From Spirochaetota bacterium (GTDB lineage: Bacteria; Spirochaetota; GWE2-31-10; MWDO01), in contig DAONLM010000098.1 of NCBI GenBank assembly GCA_035406685.1, positions 1 to 10,874 of the forward strand: a stretch of DNA of 10,874 nucleotides. The letters run 5' to 3'. This document shows positions 8,298 through 10,874 of the stretch, piece by piece. The notes beneath the pieces were generated by a model. The model was not told where the DNA came from and did not search any database. It worked only from the letters and a program-made list of their open reading frames with translations. Both the position numbers and the translations under genes were made by a program. Every line of letters begins with the position of its first letter. Within the stretch, counting starts at the first letter, position 1.

Positions 8298-8977
8298 TTT
8301 ATTTCCTCTTTAATGATTTTTCCATCTCTTAAAAATACGAGTCTCTTTGCGTATTCCATTACCATTTGATCATGAGTAGAAAAAACAAATGTGATCCCTT
8401 TTTCAGTATTTAATTTTAACATAAGATCGAGTATCTCAGAACCAGTCTTAGAATCAAGATTTGCCGTAGGCTCATCCGCAAGAACCAATTCTGGATCTTT
8501 TATGAGTGCTCTTGCTATTGCAACTCTCTGCTGTTGGCCACCAGATATCTCTTTTGGTTTCCTTTTTTCCATTCCTTCAAGTCCTACAATTTTTAACAAC
8601 TCCAATGCCTTATTTTTTGCCTCTTTTGGATTTACACCGAGTAGAGTCAGCGGAAATATGACATTCTCCAATACAGTCAATACCGGTATTAAATTGTAAG
8701 CCTGAAATATAAAACCTATCTTTTCTCTTCTTAATAATGCAAGTTGATCTTTAGTCAATGATGAGATATTTTTTTCATTAAGGTAGATTTCTCCCTTTGT
8801 TAATGTATCAAGGCATCCTATAAGATGTAATAGAGTGGATTTACCACTACCAGAAGGGCCTACTATTGCAGTAAATTCTTTCTTTTTAACAACAAAATCA
8901 ACCCCCCTTAATGCATTAACAACGATTTTGTTAACCACATAATCCTTATAAAGATCTTTTGTTTTTATTACTTCCAT
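8294..8977 (-). CDS. ABC transporter ATP-binding protein, LolD/MacB/FtsE-type, 227 aa.
   Basis: Walker A GPSGSGKST, Q-loop FQAYNL, ABC signature ISGGQQQRVAIARAL, Walker B LVLADEPT, H-loop STHD. An AAGGAG RBS lies 5 nt upstream. There is a 4-nt overlap with the downstream permease. Confidence 0.95.
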   Translation of the reverse strand: MEVIKTKDLYKDYVVNKIVVNALRGVDFVVKKKEFTAIVGPSGSGKSTLLHLIGCLDTLTKGEIYLNEKNISSLTKDQLALLRREKIGFIFQAYNLIPVLTVLENVIFPLTLLGVNPKEAKNKALELLKIVGLEGMEKRKPKEISGGQQQRVAIARALIKDPELVLADEPTANLDSKTGSEILDLMLKLNTEKGITFVFSTHDQMVMEYAKRLVFLRDGKIIKEEIK

Positions 8978-9002
8978 AAAAGCTCCTTTTATTTCTTTAT
9001 TT

Positions 9003-9024
9003 TATCCAGATATAGTTCTGGATA
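9003..9024. other. Intergenic hairpin TATCCAGA-tatagt-TCTGGATA (8-bp stem, 6-nt loop) between the SPFH gene stop and the ABC ATPase start. It is not followed by a U-tract on the transcribed strand.
   Basis: The inverted repeat is read directly. It sits in the 55-bp gap 8978..9032 and is one of the few G/C-containing elements there. Confidence 0.4.
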
Positions 9025-9032
9025 TAAAAAAA

Positions 9033-10121
9033 TTATTTTTTCTCTTTTTTAATTTTTTCTATCTCTGATAATGCTGTAACTCCAAAAATATCCTCTGTTT
9101 TTAATTCTTTGGCAAGTTCTGATGGTATCATAATCATACTATTTCCATTTTTTAATCCCTCATTTAAAATAGCAAGTTTTCTTAATGTTAAGGCAATTTC
9201 ATTCTCCTTATAAATTTTTGAAGCCTCTTCAAGTTTCTTTGCTATCTCTATTTCTGCTTCTCCTAGCTGAATTCTTGCTTTTTTCTCCCTTTCTGTCTGA
9301 GCCCATCTACTCATACTATCCTGTAATGAATCCGGTATCTGAATATCTGTTATCTTAATATCCTGAATAGTTATTCCCCATTCTGTTGTCTGCTTATCAA
9401 CCTCTTTTCTTATTGTCTCTTTGATCTCATCCCAATTTTCAAGAAGAGTTGAAAGAGTATTACAACTTATTGCATTTCTTAAGGAGGTTTGAGCACACAA
9501 TATTACAGCCTCAACATAATTTTCAACTTCAAGTATAGCCTTTTCTGCATCCCATACAAGCCAGTAACACAAGGCATCCACAGTAACAATCACACTATCT
9601 TTTGTTAATGTTGTCTCTGCAACAAAGTCAGTCACCCTTATTCTCAAATCTACTATTTTATCAACTCTATCTATAAATGGTAAAACTATAAATAACCCAG
9701 GTCCTTTTACCTTTTTAAACTTTCCGAGCCTTAATATCACTGCTCTTTCCCACTCTTTTGCTATTTGAAAAATTGGTGCCATAATCCCTTCTAAACATAT
9801 AAAAGTTGAAAAATAAAGAGTGTTAGTCCCCTTTAACCATAATAGAATAAATATTGTTAAAAATGAGAGTTTTATAATTGCTTCCCATCTACCCAAAAGT
9901 ATCATAAAAAAACCTATAATAACAGGGAATACAAGCATTTCAAGATAGATTTCAAGTGATTCAATACCTGAAAAATAGGTGTACAAAAGATATCCCCCTG
10001 TTAGAAAGAGCACAAAAACAATTGCTCCAACAGGGCTTAATGAAAAATCCTTTTCAAAATGCTTTTTAACAATATTTTTTATTAAATAATTCTCTTTTTC
10101 TTTTTTAAATATCTCAAACAT
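9033..10121 (-). CDS. SPFH/band-7 (stomatin/prohibitin-like) membrane protein with an atypical ~130-aa N-terminal extension carrying ~4 predicted TM helices. 362 aa.
   Basis: SPFH core: …ERAVILRLGKFKKVKGPGLFIVLPFIDRVDKIVDLRIRVTDF…TKDSVIVTVDALCYWLVWDAEKAILEVENY…, followed by a charged coiled-coil tail (EREKKARIQLGEAEIEIAKKLEEASKI). The N-terminus has four hydrophobic stretches: LSPVGAIVFVLFLTGGYLLYTYF, LEMLVFPVIIGFFMILLG, IIKLSFLTIFILLWL, LYFSTFICLEGIMAPIF. The start overlaps the GntR gene stop by 8 nt. Confidence 0.85.
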   Translation of the reverse strand: MFEIFKKEKENYLIKNIVKKHFEKDFSLSPVGAIVFVLFLTGGYLLYTYFSGIESLEIYLEMLVFPVIIGFFMILLGRWEAIIKLSFLTIFILLWLKGTNTLYFSTFICLEGIMAPIFQIAKEWERAVILRLGKFKKVKGPGLFIVLPFIDRVDKIVDLRIRVTDFVAETTLTKDSVIVTVDALCYWLVWDAEKAILEVENYVEAVILCAQTSLRNAISCNTLSTLLENWDEIKETIRKEVDKQTTEWGITIQDIKITDIQIPDSLQDSMSRWAQTEREKKARIQLGEAEIEIAKKLEEASKIYKENEIALTLRKLAILNEGLKNGNSMIMIPSELAKELKTEDIFGVTALSEIEKIKKEKK

Positions 10122-10485
10122 CCTCTCTCTCCTTTAAAATATTTATTAAATCTATTTTATTTAAACCAAGATCTTTTGCTTTTTTAATAATTTCTGAAAT
10201 AAATTGATTTATTACTCTCTCTCGCTCTATTTCACTATTATCAACCTTTTTTTCTGAAACAAAAGTTCCATTACCTACCTGTGTTATAAGAAAGCCTTTT
10301 ATCTCAAGTTCATTATATGCCTTTGCAACTGTATTTGGATTTATTTTTAACTGAATGGCAAGGCTTCTTACAGTAGGAAGTCTGTCCCCTGGTTTTAATT
10401 TTCCAATATTGATATTATATTCAATCTGTTGAATAATCTGCCTATAAAAAGGAATCCCACTCTTATAATCCAGTTCAAAATTCAT
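10114..10485 (-). CDS. GntR-family transcriptional regulator, short YtrA-like subfamily (123 aa). It is the first gene of the operon.
   Basis: N-terminal winged-HTH IPFYRQIIQQIEYNINIGKLKPGDRLPTVRSLAIQLKINPNTVAKAYNELEIKGFLITQVGNGTFV, which matches the GntR signature. The small C-terminal domain with no effector-binding module is typical of YtrA-type regulators, which classically precede ABC exporter genes. A TAAGGT Shine-Dalgarno-like site lies 7 nt upstream. Confidence 0.85.
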   Translation of the reverse strand: MNFELDYKSGIPFYRQIIQQIEYNINIGKLKPGDRLPTVRSLAIQLKINPNTVAKAYNELEIKGFLITQVGNGTFVSEKKVDNSEIERERVINQFISEIIKKAKDLGLNKIDLINILKEREDV

Positions 10486-10502
10486 TTCTAAAACCTTAAA
10501 TC

Positions 10503-10544
10503 AAATGTATTATTGTATTATATATATAATACAATAATACATTT
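10503..10544. promoter_or_regulatory. Perfect 42-bp palindrome AAATGTATTATTGTATTATATATATAATACAATAATACATTT, 18 bp upstream of the GntR start codon. It is the candidate operator for autoregulation of the operon.
   Basis: I reverse-complemented it by hand and found it identical over 42 bp; the symmetry breaks at 10502/10545. It contains nested GT…AC half-sites (TTGTATTA…TAATACAA), as GntR-family operators do. Confidence 0.6.
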
Positions 10545-10559
10545 TTATAAAATTGTCAA
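10531..10559 (-). promoter_or_regulatory. Putative sigma70-type promoter of the operon on the minus strand: -35 TTGACA (10559..10554), 17-bp spacer, -10 TATTGT (10536..10531). The palindrome overlaps the spacer, the -10 and the leader.
   Basis: Hexamers read from the reverse complement. The -35 is perfect and the -10 matches 4/6. The layout (operator over the -10 and +1) is a classic repressor arrangement. Confidence 0.35.
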
Positions 10560-10769
10560 ATATTTTTTTTTAAAAAAATTATTTTTTTAAAATATTGTAA
10601 ATTATTTTATAAAAAAATTGAAACATTATATAAAAAAAAAATTTAAAACCTAAATCTGTAATAGTAAAATATAGATTTTCTATAAACATCTAATAGTTAT
10701 ACTAACAAAATTTTAATTTGTAAGTTATTGACAATCTATATGAAAGATAGTTTTAGATCATGATAAGTG

Positions 10770-10817
10770 TAGGTCTGTCCCTCTTTAAATCATAAGAAAA
10801 TTATAGGTCTGTCCCTC
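10770..10817. repeat. Two perfect 14-bp direct repeats TAGGTCTGTCCCTC (10770..10783 and 10804..10817), 34 bp apart start to start, each preceded by CAT(G)ATAAG. They are the only G/C-rich islands in a ~390-bp A/T-rich intergenic region.
   Basis: Read directly. The flanks also partly repeat (atcatgataagtg / atcataagaaaatta). Confidence 0.6.
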
Positions 10818-10842
10818 AATTTAATTTTTTTCAAAAAAAACT

Positions 10843-10874
10843 AAATTTTTTCTCAAAAATTGTAAAGGATTTTC
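10843..10874. repeat. Right copy of the terminal inverted repeat. TTGTAAAGGATTTTC (10860..10874) is the exact reverse complement of 19..33. The repeat abuts the window edge and may continue beyond it.
   Basis: Same comparison as for the left copy. Confidence 0.6.

Noticed and set aside
8391-8699. Plus-strand 102-aa ORF antisense to the ABC ATPase.
   Set aside because: It runs through the Walker A/signature-encoding region of a near-certain ATPase gene on the other strand. This is a typical long antisense frame with no start context.
10561-10641. Poly(A)/poly(T) tracts of 8–10 nt in the right-hand intergenic region as phase-variation switches.
   Set aside because: In DNA this A/T-rich, such runs are expected by composition. 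They are not positioned between a recognisable -35 and -10 pair.
10486-10874. A small RNA or tRNA gene in the 390-bp gene-free right-hand region.
   Set aside because: There is no cloverleaf-compatible structure and no G/C-rich stems apart from the two direct repeats. Direct repeats cannot pair with each other.

Overview
This is a very AT-rich bacterial window, roughly a quarter to 30% G+C by eye, with eleven supportable protein-coding genes. Ten of them run on the minus strand. At the left end a CaCA/YrbG-type Na+/Ca2+ exchanger gene (148..1167, +) converges on an NlpD-like envelope protein gene (1188..1844, -). That product has a LysM domain and a catalytically dead M23/LytM domain. Next comes a 471-aa signal-peptide protein ending in a C-terminal Phe (1980..3395, -). 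Those two traits suggest an outer-membrane beta-barrel, which would make the host a diderm. The centrepiece is a tightly packed minus-strand operon (3592..10485). It is transcribed in the order YtrA-type GntR repressor, SPFH/band-7 protein with an unusual four-helix N-terminal membrane extension, LolD/MacB-type ABC ATPase, FtsX/MacB-type permease, second FtsX permease, secreted LolA-like protein, and a third FtsX permease that is a recent paralogue of the first. Gene boundaries show ATGA and 8-nt overlaps and strong AAGGAGG Shine-Dalgarno sites. Four structured non-coding elements stand out. (1) A perfect 42-bp palindrome sits exactly where the GntR operator should be. (2) Four ~22-bp-phased GATATCCCC direct repeats, next to a pure-AT tract, lie upstream of the OMP gene. 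(3) Two 14-bp TAGGTCTGTCCCTC direct repeats lie in the right-hand intergenic region, and their GTCTGTCCC core also recurs inside genes, always on the plus strand. (4) An imperfect ~32-bp inverted repeat with a perfect 15-bp core sits at both extreme ends of the window. I read the locus as a candidate envelope-stress or lipoprotein/lipid export machine of unusual composition: three MacB-type permeases to one ATPase, plus a LolA-like carrier and an SPFH scaffold, under a YtrA repressor. The system is not characterised and all functions are inferred from motifs. No rRNA, tRNA, CRISPR array or transposase was seen.
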